Assembly (NCBI GenBank): GCA_964016885.1
Contig: OZ024743.1
Location: 39,556,001 to 39,620,000, forward strand
Origin: Eledone cirrhosa
Lineage: Eukaryota
DNA: 64,000 bases
Direction of reading: 5' to 3'
The notes under the pieces were generated by a model. It worked only from the letters and a program-made list of their open reading frames with translations, was not told the DNA's origin and ran no database searches. Shown here piece by piece: positions 11,698 through 24,200 of this stretch. The translations under genes and the position numbers were made by a program. Each line of letters begins with the position of its first letter. Position 1 is the stretch's first letter.

Positions 11698-13608
11698 TTA
11701 CTTACCTTCCGGGGTCTTGTGAAGGTCGGGTGGTTCGACCTCCATGGTTTGTGGGGTTTCTTTTGGGAACCCCTTTAATAGTCTTGACGTGGGTTTTACG
11801 TTCGGGGTTCCCACATCCCGAGGAAAGCTCTTTCGAATTTCTTTGTATGAAGCGAGCGACATTCGCATCAGAAGCAAATTATCTGGTACGCGAAATGTGC
11901 TCGCTTCAAATGTTTCCCCGTCTTTTTCGATGTTTGTGCTTCGTGCTACATGGGCCATCAATTCCTTGTTGGCCCTTCTGGCAAGCACGAAGTTTTTAAT
12001 GTTTTGTTGCTCGGGTTTTATTTGTTCGTGTGATTGTGGTGGTGATAGCTTTGTTAGTGTTGTTTCTATTGTGTCTGCGTTTGTTGTGGGTGGGGTGTCT
12101 GTAGTTTCTGATGTTTGTGTGTCTATTTGTTCTTGTGTCTGTTTAGCTTGTTTGCGTTTGGGGGATTTTGGTGGTTGTGTTGGTGATGCTGTGGGGAAAA
12201 TGTTTGTGTGGGTGGTGTGTGTATTTTTTTTTGTGGGGGTGTTTGTGCTTTGTGGATTTCTTTTTTTTTTGTGTTTTGTTTTTTGTATTTTGGGGGACTT
12301 TGGTTTTCCCTCATCTTCACTGCTGGAGGATGAGGGGTCTGTGGCTGTGAGCGTGTTTGTGTCTGAGTGAGTGTTTATGTTCTTGTTCGTGTGTGTATTT
12401 TTGGGGGGAGGGGGAATGGGAGAGCTTTCCTCGTTTCCCCCCTGGGTGTGCAATTTTGGTGGTTCCATTGTTGACGGTGTTGCTGGTGGTCCTTGTCCCG
12501 GCGTCGCCAGCAGTGGAATCTTTCGACCCCTTGCGCTTTTCGGCAGTTGAGGGCAGAAGGCTCGCAAGTGTGTCGTTTCCCCACAAAGGAAACAATGCGG
12601 CCTTTTGCCCTCAGTCATTATATGCAACACCCTCCCGTTTTGGAGGCGGATGTGGTCCGGGATTGCTTTTACGTTTTCGGGTCTGATTTGGAGCAGTATC
12701 TCCAGATCAACCCCGGACCAGTCGTCCCTGGCAGTTCTCGTTGCCTCTACCGGGACTGTATCCGTTCCTTCCACGATTACGCAACCCAGGAGCCACCACA
12801 TATCAAGTCCTGGTGGAATCCTAGGAATGCGCACACGTGCTATTCGTTTTCCCATGTGGGAGGGGTACATTATAACCTTGCTGGTTTTGCAAGGGGTCAT
12901 TGAATGCTTCACAGCGAGGGCTTCAGACTTGAACAGCACCGAAACGGTGCCGTATTGCCTGCCCCTCTCTATGAAGTCTGTGTCCTCTCTAATGTATTTC
13001 AGTGCGGCTTCTATATCAGCTTGGGCGATTATCGCTGCCCTCTTTGTCTCTACTGAGATGCATCTGAAATGCACCGTTCTTTTTTCCACTGCCTCAATGG
13101 CTTCTGCCGGGACAGTTAAGTTTGCCCAGGTCTGCTCTTGATTTATGATTTTCCAGGCCTGGGCCAACTTTTCCTCTCTGTTGGTTAAGTCGATGCTGTA
13201 GCATGGTCTCCTTTTAGCCGCTGCCACAGCAGCGAAGGTGTTCTTGTTGGTGTTGTCACTGTTGTTGTTCTTGTTGCTGTTGCTGCTGCTATTGCTGTTG
13301 TTGTTCTCCCCTGTGTCGTGGTTACCCTCTGTGCTGTTGGCCTTGTTGGTGCTGTTGCTGTCGCTACTATTACTCTCTGTGCTGTTCATTTTGTTGGTGC
13401 TCTCGCTATTACCACCTTCTGCGCTGTTCGGCTTGTTGGTGTTGGTGTTGTCGCTGTTACCACCTTCCGCGCCGCTCGGCCCGTTGGTGCTGGCACTGTC
13501 GCTGCTCACATTCCTGCTGGTGGCGCTCCTCGCCTCACCTCTCCTCTCAACGCTCAAGTCGTCGTTGCACGACAGCAGACCCGCCTCTAGGGGGCGTGGC
13601 TCCGCCAT
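11698..13608 (-). CDS. ORF1 gag-like nucleic-acid-binding protein of the Tx1-like element (636 aa)
   Basis: Long ORF just upstream of ORF2, with a CCHC zinc knuckle (CFLCGETTHLRAFC) and N/S-rich and T/P/K-rich low-complexity linkers. Homologous to ORF1 remnants in the other Tx1 copies. Confidence 0.88.
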   Translation of the reverse strand: MAEPRPLEAGLLSCNDDLSVERRGEARSATSRNVSSDSASTNGPSGAEGGNSDNTNTNKPNSAEGGNSESTNKMNSTESNSSDSNSTNKANSTEGNHDTGENNNSNSSSNSNKNNNSDNTNKNTFAAVAAAKRRPCYSIDLTNREEKLAQAWKIINQEQTWANLTVPAEAIEAVEKRTVHFRCISVETKRAAIIAQADIEAALKYIREDTDFIERGRQYGTVSVLFKSEALAVKHSMTPCKTSKVIMYPSHMGKRIARVRIPRIPPGLDMWWLLGCVIVEGTDTVPVEATRTARDDWSGVDLEILLQIRPENVKAIPDHIRLQNGRVLHIMTEGKRPHCFLCGETTHLRAFCPQLPKSARGRKIPLLATPGQGPPATPSTMEPPKLHTQGGNEESSPIPPPPKNTHTNKNINTHSDTNTLTATDPSSSSSEDEGKPKSPKIQKTKHKKKRNPQSTNTPTKKNTHTTHTNIFPTASPTQPPKSPKRKQAKQTQEQIDTQTSETTDTPPTTNADTIETTLTKLSPPQSHEQIKPEQQNIKNFVLARRANKELMAHVARSTNIEKDGETFEASTFRVPDNLLLMRMSLASYKEIRKSFPRDVGTPNVKPTSRLLKGFPKETPQTMEVEPPDLHKTPEGK

Positions 13609-13840
13609 GTTTTTTTGAGAAAAAAATTATTATTTTTTTTCAAAATAAAGTTCAAATATTTGGGCCAAAAGGCCCAAATATTATGAGTTATTCCTTCACA
13701 GGATACAAATTAATGTCTTATAATGCTTCAGCGGTACAAAAAATAAACAATTCTCTACAATTAATCCTCAAAAAATTGCTTACTCACGGAGCTTCAAAAA
13801 ACGTACATCCACTTTCGTCAATAATAATAATAATAATAAT

Positions 13841-16800
13841 GCTTTCTTTATTAACCACAAGGGTTTACATAAAGTAGACATTAAGGACAGTACAGGACAA
13901 TAGAGGACGGTACAAAAGGGCATTTCTGCGTGTAAAAATAAACAAGAAACAGAGGATGTAATAATAGAACAATGAAAACATTCCCTAATAGGGGGGAGAC
14001 TTCCGAGGGACATTAGTGGAGAAAGCCCAGTAAAAAGCCACAGTGACCCTGACCACCAGGGCAAGTGCCCTCTCCCAGTTTTCCACCTTTAATTTACAGA
14101 CACATATTCAGAGTAGTCCCATTCACTCGGGCCATTCTTGCCTCTCTTACCCATCTTTCAACAAAATTCTGGGAAGAGAGCACTTCCCTCTCTACCCTGA
14201 TTTTCCCTTTCAAATGAAATTTGAAAAAGTTTATCAGGGCATCACCGAAGAGGTAAGTGCTCGTCTTCAGCCCTTTCAAACGTTTCCACCATACTATCTC
14301 TTTCGCCATGGACACCAGACAGATAAAAACTGCCTGCCCTTCCCGGCTAAAGAAAGAGCGCGGGACAATCCTCACGATGGACTCAGCTGATAGCTGGATC
14401 CGTCCTACACGTGAAAGCAGGTGTTCGACATAAACCCACAAGTCAGTAATGCTCAGACACTGGACGAGTGCGTGCAGGACGCTTTCGTCGCCGAGCGTGC
14501 ATCTCGGACAAGCTCGGCTGGCGGCACCTCCATGCCTGTTGAATTTATCCCGAACTGGCAAAGCTCCTCTGTAGCAATGCTAGGCCGGCCAGGGATTTCT
14601 GGAAGTTGTCCATAGGCCCCGACCCGAAAGTTCTTCCGAAGAGATTGGCTAGTTGATTTTCGTCGACGCCTTGAGTTTCCCCAAGTACGTCGTCGCTCTT
14701 CCCCTCCACTAATCCTCTATAGAACGCCAAGTCAAGCACACAGATCACGAATTTGTGTAGCTGACTATCTTGAATTGTGGACAGCCTATGCTAGAACTAT
14801 CTATTTCCCTACAAAATACTCTATCTAGATATGATCTGGATGACCCGATACGATTTGTCCAAGTCCACATTGGCATATTCGGGAAATACAATCGGTACCT
14901 GTCAGACAGTTCAGAACACCTGAGCAGGTTGGTGAGGCTCTTGCACCCTCCTCACCTATCAGCTAATTCCACAGAGTCCCAGTGTGCATCTAAGATCCCG
15001 TTCCAGTCGCCCACTAACAGTAAAGAGCGGGACGTTCCAAGAAAGGTCTCCAGACGCCTGAATAAATCAGGCCGCCCTGCACCTGTCGGGGCATAGACGG
15101 CCAATAGCCTGAAAGCTTGCCCGTCTCCGCTGGTCACGTCCAGCACCACCAACTTACCTTTTGGGTCCAGGAGGACGGCCCGTATGGCGAGATACAAACC
15201 TTTCCGAAAAAGCACAGCATAACGTCCACCCGATCAAGGACGGCTGGGAGATGCGTACACATCGTAGCCACCGAAGATCGGCGCGAAGGCCCGTGCTTCG
15301 GAGATTCTGGTCTCGCTGATGGCCACTACATCTATGTTTAGTGACCTGAGGTCTTTGAGTAGGTGGCCCTGCTTCCATGACGACCCCAAGCCACGCGCAT
15401 TTATGTTGCCTATTCTGAGTGAGGTCATGTTGAAATGGAGTGGAAAAGATGGGAAAGACCACATACCTTACTTCTCGTAGAGGAAGGATGGTTTCGCCAT
15501 CCTTTTCACTGCTTGTGGCCTCCTCCGGAAGGATGTCCTTGTAAATCCTCCTTGAGAGTGCTTGTCGGAAGTCTCCGATGTCTTTGGGGAATTTTTGTTT
15601 TCGTGTCGTGTACGTTTTCTGTGTGATGCGATTGATTTGTATGTGTGGGTGTGGTGTGAACTTTTGAATTGTTGTGTAGTCTTTTTCTGTGATGCTGGTG
15701 TTTTCTTGGATGTAGTGTAATAATTGGTTGTTGTTCAAATTTAATGCTGCGTAGTGTGTATCGTTTTGGTTGTTTTGTTTTGTTTGCGTTTGTTGCGGGT
15801 TTGTTTCTGTTTCGCTTTTTTGGTGACTTTTGTGGTGTTGGTGATGGTGGTGTTGAGGTTAATGATGGTGTTGTTGTTGATGTTTGCGGTGATGAGGTTG
15901 GTGATGCTGGTGTGGAAGGAGTCATAGCTGTCCTAACTTTTTTGTTTTTGGAGGGGGAAGGAAGAGGATTTTTTTTATTTTTGGTTTCTTTTTCTTTTTT
16001 TCTTTTTTCCTGATACCGTTTCCCACTCCTCGTCGTCACAATCTGTCTCCAGTTGCGATAGGTCGGGGAGAGGAAAATCCTCCACAGGCGTTGGTTTTGG
16101 TTGTGGAGTGGTGGATGGTGTAGGCGCTGGTGCTAGTTCTAGCGGGTTGGGTGGTGGTGGTGTTGGTTTTGCTACTGTTGCTGGGGTTGTTGCTATTACA
16201 GTTGCTTCTGTTGTTTCTGCTACAGTTGTTGCTACCATTTCTGCTGCTGGTAGTGTTGATGGTAGAGTCACTGGGGTGGGTAAGAGAGCTTGCCTCAGCC
16301 TTTTAGCCTGAGGGCAGAAAGCCCTTAGGTGGGTTCTTTCACCACAAACGACACACCTAGGAATTCTGCCCCCGACGATTACGGTGAGATAGCTGCCGTC
16401 AATGAGGTCTATTACCTCTGGGATCTCCTCAATGCTGTTTTGGTCCGCTTGGATCAGGAGCTCCATCCCAGATCCGGACCAGTTCTCCTGCTTTTTTATC
16501 GCTATTTCGATTTTCTTGGTTTTGGCCTCGATGCCAGCGAGGACGGCCGCCATTAACCAGGGAATTTCGATGGCCGGGGAACATGGGTCACCCTGATCTT
16601 CACGAGTCTCTTGCCTCAATATCTTGGGACGAGTGTGAAGTCGTCACTCCTTAATGGGGCCATGGAGTGTTCTCTGGCCTCCTGTGGTGTTCCAAAGTAC
16701 ACGTCCACGGTTCCATATTTCTGCCCACATCTGATGTGGGGTTTTTTGCCCACACATGTCCCAAAGCCTTTTTGGATTTGGGACTCGGATGCCCTTTCCA

Positions 16801-17590
16801 CTCGGCGCGATTTTATGTTAATCGTCCGATAAGACAAGGTTCATACGCGCCGATGCTCCATTTTATTAGCTGAGGGTGGTGTGGTGTGAGGCTGACCCTG
16901 TACCCATCTTTCTTTACCATTCTCTTAGCTTCATCTAATTCCTCCAGAGTTACCTGGATTGCTTCGCACTTTTTTGCTACTCTGGCAAAAGACAGAGTGG
17001 TTTTCTTATTCTCATTGTTGTTGTTGCTGCTGTTGTTGTTATCGTTATTTTTGTTATTGTTATTTGAAGTTTCAGTTGTGGTGGTGGTGGCGTCAGTGTT
17101 ATTCGATGTGGAAGATTCCATTCTGGGTGAAACCATTTCGATGTCACGAGATAATTTATTTTTCTTTTGTTTCTGTTGCCGCTGTGGTGGTAGGGTGACG
17201 GCTTCAACACCTGCAGTCATTGGTAATGGCGGGAAATGAATGTCTGCATGAGACAAATTTAAATTATTGCTACAGCTTATATTTTTAGTGTTGGCAAACG
17301 TAGTAATATTTACAATGGTGGTGTCTGTGTGAGGTGTTAGTTTGTGAGGAAGGTGTGACTGTGAATCGTCCATGATTTTTATCAAAGAAAAATGTTTGTC
17401 TGATAATAATAAAAGTTTAAATTTTGGGCTCAAGGCCCCAATCTTTTTTAATGTCTTTTCAGAAAACAATGTATGTCCACTTATATACAGTTAACAATAA
17501 AAATGTTCTATAAATGGCAATTTTAAACAACTGAAAACAACAAACCTTTGCGAAGCTCACGATAATACGATGTTCTACGTAGGTCGCCAC
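13841..17590 (-). mobile_element. Tx1-like element subfamily B2, both ends present, RT internally deleted, ORFs broken
   Basis: ORF1 remnants (CVVCGERTHLRAFC) and APE start (15234-15464, 14952-15215). At about 14730 the end of APE joins directly to the C-terminal FYRGLVEGK region. Flanked by (TAA)n. Confidence 0.88.
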
Positions 17591-17609
17591 TAATAATAAT
17601 AATCATAAT

Positions 17610-19040
17610 GATTTCATTTATTGGCCACAAGGGCCGACATGTAGGGGACAATACAAAAGACTGGGACAGTGGTGTTTTACAGAAAAATCGAGTAAACAAT
17701 ATGAATAACAATAACAAAGTAACCAGAAAAATTCACCGATAGGGGGTTTGACGACCCAGGGTTCGGTCAGGTACCCCACCAACCCTGCACGACCCGACGC
17801 TTCGAGAGCACCCTGGAAGGGCACCCCTCTCCTCCTCAAATTTACCCACCTACAACCGCATGATCAGAGTAGGAACACTCACACGGGCCATTCTCGCCAC
17901 ATTCACCCACCGTTCACCAAATGTACGGGGGGAGGGGGCGGGCATCACTTTTCTCTCCACCCTCACCTTCCTTTCCAAGTGAAACTTGAAAAAGTTGATG
18001 AGGGATTGGCCGAAGAGTAAAGTGTCTGTCTTCAGTCCTTTCAACCTCGTCCACCATGCAACCTCTTTGCTACTGCCACCAGACAGAGAAACATTGGCTG
18101 CCCTTCCTGGCCAAAAGAAGGCGGCGGGTCGATTATCACTATAGACTCGGCCGATAGCCGGATCCGTTCTACACGCGACAACAGCTGTTCGATATAACTC
18201 CACAAGTCGGTAATGCACGGACACTGGACGAGTGCGTGCAGAACGGTTTCGTCGCTCTTCGCGCATCTCGGGCAGGTCCGTCTGCCAGCACTTCCGTGCC
18301 TGTAGAGTTTATCTCTGACCGCATTGCCCGCCTGGTAGAGGGCAGTGAGTGCCTGGCAACATTCCAGATGCTAGTCACCCAGTCTCCGTCTCTTTTTGAC
18401 CCAGGACTGCAGCTCAGTCAAATAAACGAGATGCGGAAAGGCCCGTGTGACAAACGGCGACCACACATGTTCACCGTTTAGGCAGAATATCTGGAGATGC
18501 CGCAGCATCAGCGCGTGTCTGTGCATAATTAGACACGGAATGCCCAGCCCTCCACGGCTGGCAGCACATGGACACCTTCACCAGCGAAGCCTGACACCTC
18601 CACAAGAATTTGAAGAGGAGCCGCTCCAAGATGGCGAGGTGCGACCGGGGGAAATGGACGACGGTCAGACGGTAGTAGATGACGGAGGCAATGTATGCGT
18701 TCGCCACCTCCGCCCGACCATTCAGTGATAGCTTCATCCAGCCCATTTCTGTGTGAGACTGGCTACCCTGCTCGTCTCCTCGTCCCAATTCTTATACACC
18801 CGGAGGTCTGGCTCGTACCAAACCCCGAGCAACTTTACCGGTCTGACCGTCGAACGACGCTGTTGGACGGCATGGACTTGCCTCTACGGGTGCCGAGTTG
18901 TAAACCCACTGACTTTTCCGGGTTAAGTTTTGCTCCAGTCAACCTTTCATATTCCTCCAATAAGTTGCCGACTACCTCGATTTCTGAGGTGTCCGAAACC
19001 ATCACGGTGATGTCGTCCGCATAAGCCGACACAGCCCTTC
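17610..19040 (-). mobile_element. 5'-truncated degenerate Tx1-like copy (B1 subfamily)
   Basis: Colinear with about 8000-9635 of B1 (AYADDITVMV to 3' UTR), with small deletions. Ends in AATAAATGAAATC plus (ATT)n. Confidence 0.88.
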
Positions 19041-19403
19041 AAAGATCGTGCCTGATTGTGGATGTGGCCTGCCCATTCGACACGAGAGTGCAAGAGAAGG
19101 AGAGGGATAAAATTAACCGACACCAGGACTTAAAGTGGGAGGTAAAAAGGATTTGGAACTGCCATGAAGTCAAAGTGGTCCCGATTGTCATAGGCGCACT
19201 AGGTACTATCTCAAAAAGTTTCCAGGGATGGTTAAAGAAAATTGGCCCCTTCACGCTTTTTGGAACGCTTCAAAAGGCATGTTTGCTGGGAACAGCAAGA
19301 CCCCTCTGATCCGTCCTGAATATCTGAGGCTGCAGGTAGTGGCTTGATATTCATTTCAACAAACTTTCTAGTTAACTAATATCAATGACTGAGACTCAAA
19401 AAC
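19041..19403 (+). mobile_element. 3' fragment of R4/Dong-like family C
   Basis: Endonuclease C-terminus (DVACPFDTRVQEKERDKINRHQDL..VVPIVIGALG) followed by a (TAA)n tail at 19404-19420. Confidence 0.85.
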
Positions 19404-19459
19404 AATAATAATAATAATAATTTAAAAAAAAGTTTGTATCTATTTATTTGTTCATTTAT

Positions 19460-20959
19460 AGATGTTCGTCTAGAGCGTAATGGTGCCACGCTAAAATCAC
19501 CGGGGGAGGGGATAAAATCACCGGGAGTGATGAAACCACCGGTGGTTATGTAACCATACATTCACCAATCCTCGATCTGAGTGTTTAAATATCGAACCTA
19601 AACAGTTCGAGTAACGGTGAAAAGGAGACTGGAACGCATGTGAAAGACTCTCACCCAGCAAGTGCTCCCTGGCCCAGCAGCAGCGACTTCGCTGTCATCC
19701 AAATACTGCTAGTGCTGGAGGAAGAAGAAGAAGGATAGGGAAAAGAACCAACTTGAAAGAATTGAATAGAACTGTCATAAAATGTTACCTGAAGAGTAAC
19801 CCCATGGAAAAAGGCTATAGGAAACGGATGCATAACATCTGGAATGAGATTGGTCTATTTAAATTAGATGAACAAAAATTGGCCGGGCAGGCTCGGGTAA
19901 TAACAATTAATGGATGTATAAGCGAGTTAGAACTGGAGGAACTGGGCAGAGAGATTAATTTGGAAATGGAGAGTGGAGTATGCCAGGCAAACGAGCCAGT
20001 GGAAAATGAAGGTGAAGAGGTTGAGAGACCTCGGAAGAATCCGAAGCAGACACTAATCTGAATGCTGAAATAAATAACATATGGAACAAAGATACGGCCA
20101 TTGAGGAAATGAATGCTGACGGGCTAGGATAAGATTTGGTTGATAACATGAACTTAGTGATAGATGAAATGAACAATGATAGTAGAAAACCTATGAACCT
20201 AATATTTATAAACAACAAAAAGTTAAAAGAAACAAGAGCTAAGGTAAACACAGTCATCCCATACCTTGAGGCGAGGAAGCTTCACCAATGCAACAATATC
20301 CTCAAAGCAACAGCAAATGCGGTGAGGAAATTACTTGGCAAGAAAGATCAGAACATTGGTCGAAGAAACGACTGAATGGTCAAATCAAGGAAATGAGAAA
20401 ATACATTGCAAAGCTTGAGTCCTTACTGAATAGTACATTACAAAACATAGACACTGAAGATATATTGGAAATAAAGTACAAAACTAGAGGGAGAAAGCTA
20501 ATTAGTATCATAGAGGAATTGAAGCAAGGCATTGTAGCAAAAAGTCCAAAGATTAAGCGGTATGAGAGCATTGTCAGTCAGTATAGACAGAACCGCATGT
20601 TTGAAAACAACAAGAAGATGTTGTTTGGACAGCTTGAAGGGAAACAAAGAGGCAACGACTTGATCCCTGAGGCGGAACAGACTAAGACATTATGGAGAGG
20701 AATATGGGAGCAGGATGTTGAACACAATAGTCAGACAGTGTGGATTGAGACAGTTCAAAAGGAGATTAGTGAACAAGCACACCAACAACCTGATTTGAGT
20801 ATCACAGTGGAAACTCTTAAAGGGCAGGCCAAAATACTCACCAACTGGAAAACACCAGGCCTAGATGGTGTGCAAGGGTAATGGATTAAAAATATAACAT
20901 CCCTCCACCCGAAACTGACAACGATGTTCGATGACTGGTTGATGTCCGGTGAGGTACCA
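19460..20959 (+). mobile_element. 5' part of R4/Dong-like family C, cut off at the start of RT
   Basis: ORFs 19753-20061 (GYRKRMHNIW) and 20288-20881 (YRQNRMF, NWKTPGLDGVQG). Matches the reverse complement of about 30920-31650. Confidence 0.82.
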
Positions 20960-21277
20960 ATCTCGTTCCAGATGTTATGCATCCGTTTCCTATAGCCTTT
21001 TTCCATGGGGTTATTCTTCACATAACATTTTATGACAGTTCTATTCAATTCTTTCGTCCAGTTGGTTCTTGTCCCTTTCCTTCTTCTTCTTCCTCCAACA
21101 CCAGCAGTATTTGGATGACAGCCACGTCCCTGTTGCAGGGCCAGGGAGAACTTGCTGGTCTTTCACATGCCGTTCCAGTCTCCTTTTCACCGTTATTTGA
21201 ACTGTTTAGGTTCGACATTTAAACACTCATATCGAGGATTGGTGAATGTATGGTTACATAACCACCGGTGATTTCAT
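20956..21277 (-). mobile_element. Inverted 5' fragment of R4/Dong-like family C
   Basis: Reverse complement of about 19530-19855. Abuts (TTA)n at 21276-21299. Confidence 0.82.
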
Positions 21278-21298
21278 TATTATTATTATTATTATTAT

Positions 21299-24200
21299 TG
21301 GCGACCTACGTAGTAAATCGTATCATCGTGAGCTCCGCAAAGGTTTGTTATTTTCAGTTGTTTAAAATTGACATTTATGGAAAATGTTTATTGTTAACTG
21401 TATATAAGTGCACATACATTGATTTGTGAAAAGGACACTCAAAATTATTGGGGCCTTGAGCCCAAAATTTAAACTTTTTATAATTATCTAACAAAAAAAA
21501 AATTCTTTGAAAAATCATGGCCGACTCAGAGTCACAAATTCCTCACAAATTAACACCTCACACCGACACCACCATTGTAAATATTACTACGTTTGCCAAC
21601 ACTGAAAATATAAGCAGTAGCAATATTTTTAATTTGTCTCAGCCAGACATTCATTTCCCGCCATTACCAATTACTTCAGGTATTAAAGCCACCACCCCAC
21701 CACCACAACCACCGCAGCGATAAAAAGAAACAAAAGATAAAAATAAATTAACTCATGATATCGAAATGAATTCAACCAAATTGAACTCTTCCACACCGAA
21801 CACCACTGACGCCACCACCACCACAACTGAAACTAAAATTAACAATAACAAAAATAACGATAACAACAACAGCAACAATGAAATTAAGAAAACTACCCTG
21901 AGTTTTGCCAGAGTAGCAAAATCGTGCGAAGCGATCCAGGTAACTCAGGAGGAATTAGCAGAAGCCAAAAGAATGGTAAAGAAAGATGGGTACAGGGTCA
22001 GCCCCCCCCCCCCCAACCAACCAACACCAACACCTAATAAAATGGTGCATCGGCGCCTATGCACAGTGTCTATGCATCGAACAATTATAATAAAATCGCG
22101 CCGAGTGGTACGGGCATCCGAGTCCCAAATCCAAAAAGCTTTGGGACATGTGTGGGCAAAAAATACCCACATCAGACGTGGGCAGAAATATGGAACCGTG
22201 GACGTGTTCTTTGAAACACAACAGGAGGCCAGAGAACACTCCATGTCCCCATTAAGAAGTGACGACTTCACACTCGCCCGAAGCTATTGTGGCCAGAGAC
22301 GTGTGAAGATTAGGGTGACCCACGTTCCACCGGCCATCGAAATTCCCTGGCTAATGTCTGCCGTCCTCGCCGGCATCGAGGCCAATACCAAAATAATCGA
22401 AATAGCGAAAGAAAAGCAGGAGAACTGGTCCGGATCTGGGATGGAGCTCCTGATCCAAGCGGACCATAAAAGCATTCAGGAGATCCCAGAGGTAATAGAC
22501 TTCACTGACGGCAGCCACCTCACCGTAATCGTCGAGGGCAGAAGGCCTAGGTGTGTCGTTTATGGTGGAGGAACCCACCTAAGGGCTTTCTGCCCTCAGG
22601 CTAAAAAGGTTGAGGCCACTTCTCTTACTCACCCCAGTGACTCAACCATCAACACCACCAGCAGCAGAAATGGCAGCAACAACAGAAGCAACTGTAACAG
22701 CAACAATCCAAGCAACAGTAGCAAATCCAACACCACCACCACCCAACGCGCCAGAACTAGTACCAGCGCCTACACCATCCACCACGCCACAACCAAAACC
22801 AACGCCTGTGGAGGATTTTCCACTGCCCGGCTTATCGCAACTGGAGACATATTGTGACGACGAGGAGTGGGAAACGGTATCAGGAAGAAATAAAAAAATA
22901 AACAAAAAAGGAAAATACGTCTTCCTTTCCCCCTCCAATAACAAAATACAGAGGGAAACAAATAAATTATCAAACAAAAAAGTTAGGACAGATATGCCAC
23001 CATCCAGACCAGCATCACCATCCTCATCACCACAAACACCAACACCATCACCATCATTAACCCCAACACCACCATCACCAACACCACAAAAGTCACCAAA
23101 AATCGTAACAGAAACAAACCCACAACAAACGCAAACAAAACAAAACAACCAAAACGATACACAGCATTAAATTTGAACAACAACCAATTATTACACTACA
23201 TGCAACACAACATCAGCATCACAGAAAAAGACTACACAACAACCCAAAAGTTCACACCACCTCCACACATACAAATCACTCGCATCACACAGAAAACATA
23301 CACGACAATAAAGCAAAAATTCCTCAAAGACATCGGAGACTTCCTTCCGGAGGAGGCCACAAGCAGTGAAAAGGATGGACAAACCATCATTCCACTACTA
23401 AAAGTAAGGTAGGTGGTCATTCCCATCTTTTCCACTCCATTTCAACATGACCTCACTCAGAATAGGCAGCATAAATCCGCGTGGCTTGGGGTCGTCATGG
23501 AAGCAGGGCCACCTGCTCAACGACCTCAGGTCACTAAACATAGATGTAGTGGCCATCAGCGAGACCAGAATCTCTGAAGCCCGGGCCTTCGCACCGATCT
23601 TCGGCGGCTACGATGTGTACCTTGTCCTAAGCCCCGCCTGACTGCGCTGGAGCGTTTGCTCTTTCGCTTTTAGTGGAAGGGACGCGCTCCGATGGTCAGG
23701 CGGTCCATCTGCTGTCAACACCCGCTACGTGGAGGGATGGGCATGCCGTGGCTGATGATGCGCAGACAAGCGCTCAGGCTACGACATCTCCACCTCTTCC
23801 TCGACGGTGATCAGGTGTGGTCGCCGTTTGATAGACGCGTGTTTCCCCAGCTCGTCTCCTTGACGGAGCTGCAGTCCTGGGTCAAGCGAAGACCGAGAGG
23901 GAGCGCTTGGAGATTTGAATGTCTTCAGGCGCTCACAGCCCTCAGCCAATCGGGCAATGTGATCGGTGGAAACTCCACCTTGGCGTTCTATAGAGGATTA
24001 GTGGAGGGGAAGAGTGACGACGTACTTGGGGAAACTCTAGGCGTCGACGAAAATCAACTAGCCAATCTCTTCGGAAGAACTTTAGGGCCGGGGCCTGTGG
24101 ACAACTTCCAGAAATCCCTGGCCTGACAGTGCTACCGAGGAGCTTTGCCAGTTCGGGATAAACTCTACAGGCATAGAGGTGCCGTTCGCCGGGCATGTCC

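Larger units (their letters stand above)
7997..13820 (-). mobile_element. Full-length, apparently intact Tx1/L1-clade non-LTR retrotransposon (subfamily B1)
   Basis: About 210-bp 5' UTR, uninterrupted ORF1 and ORF2, and a 3' UTR ending AATAAATGAAATC then (ATT)n. Microsatellite at both ends (7981-7996, 13821-13840). Confidence 0.93.

Noticed and set aside
11670-11705. 36-nt GT..AG mini-intron fusing ORF1 to ORF2
   Set aside because: Removing it leaves ORF2 out of frame (GCA TGG CCA TAA), and the AG is not conserved at that position in the other copies. Only the donor-like motif is kept as a finding.
8446-13618. Numerous antisense and overlapping ORFs over the Tx1 element
   Set aside because: They are shadow ORFs of GC-richer or low-complexity coding sequence with no motifs.
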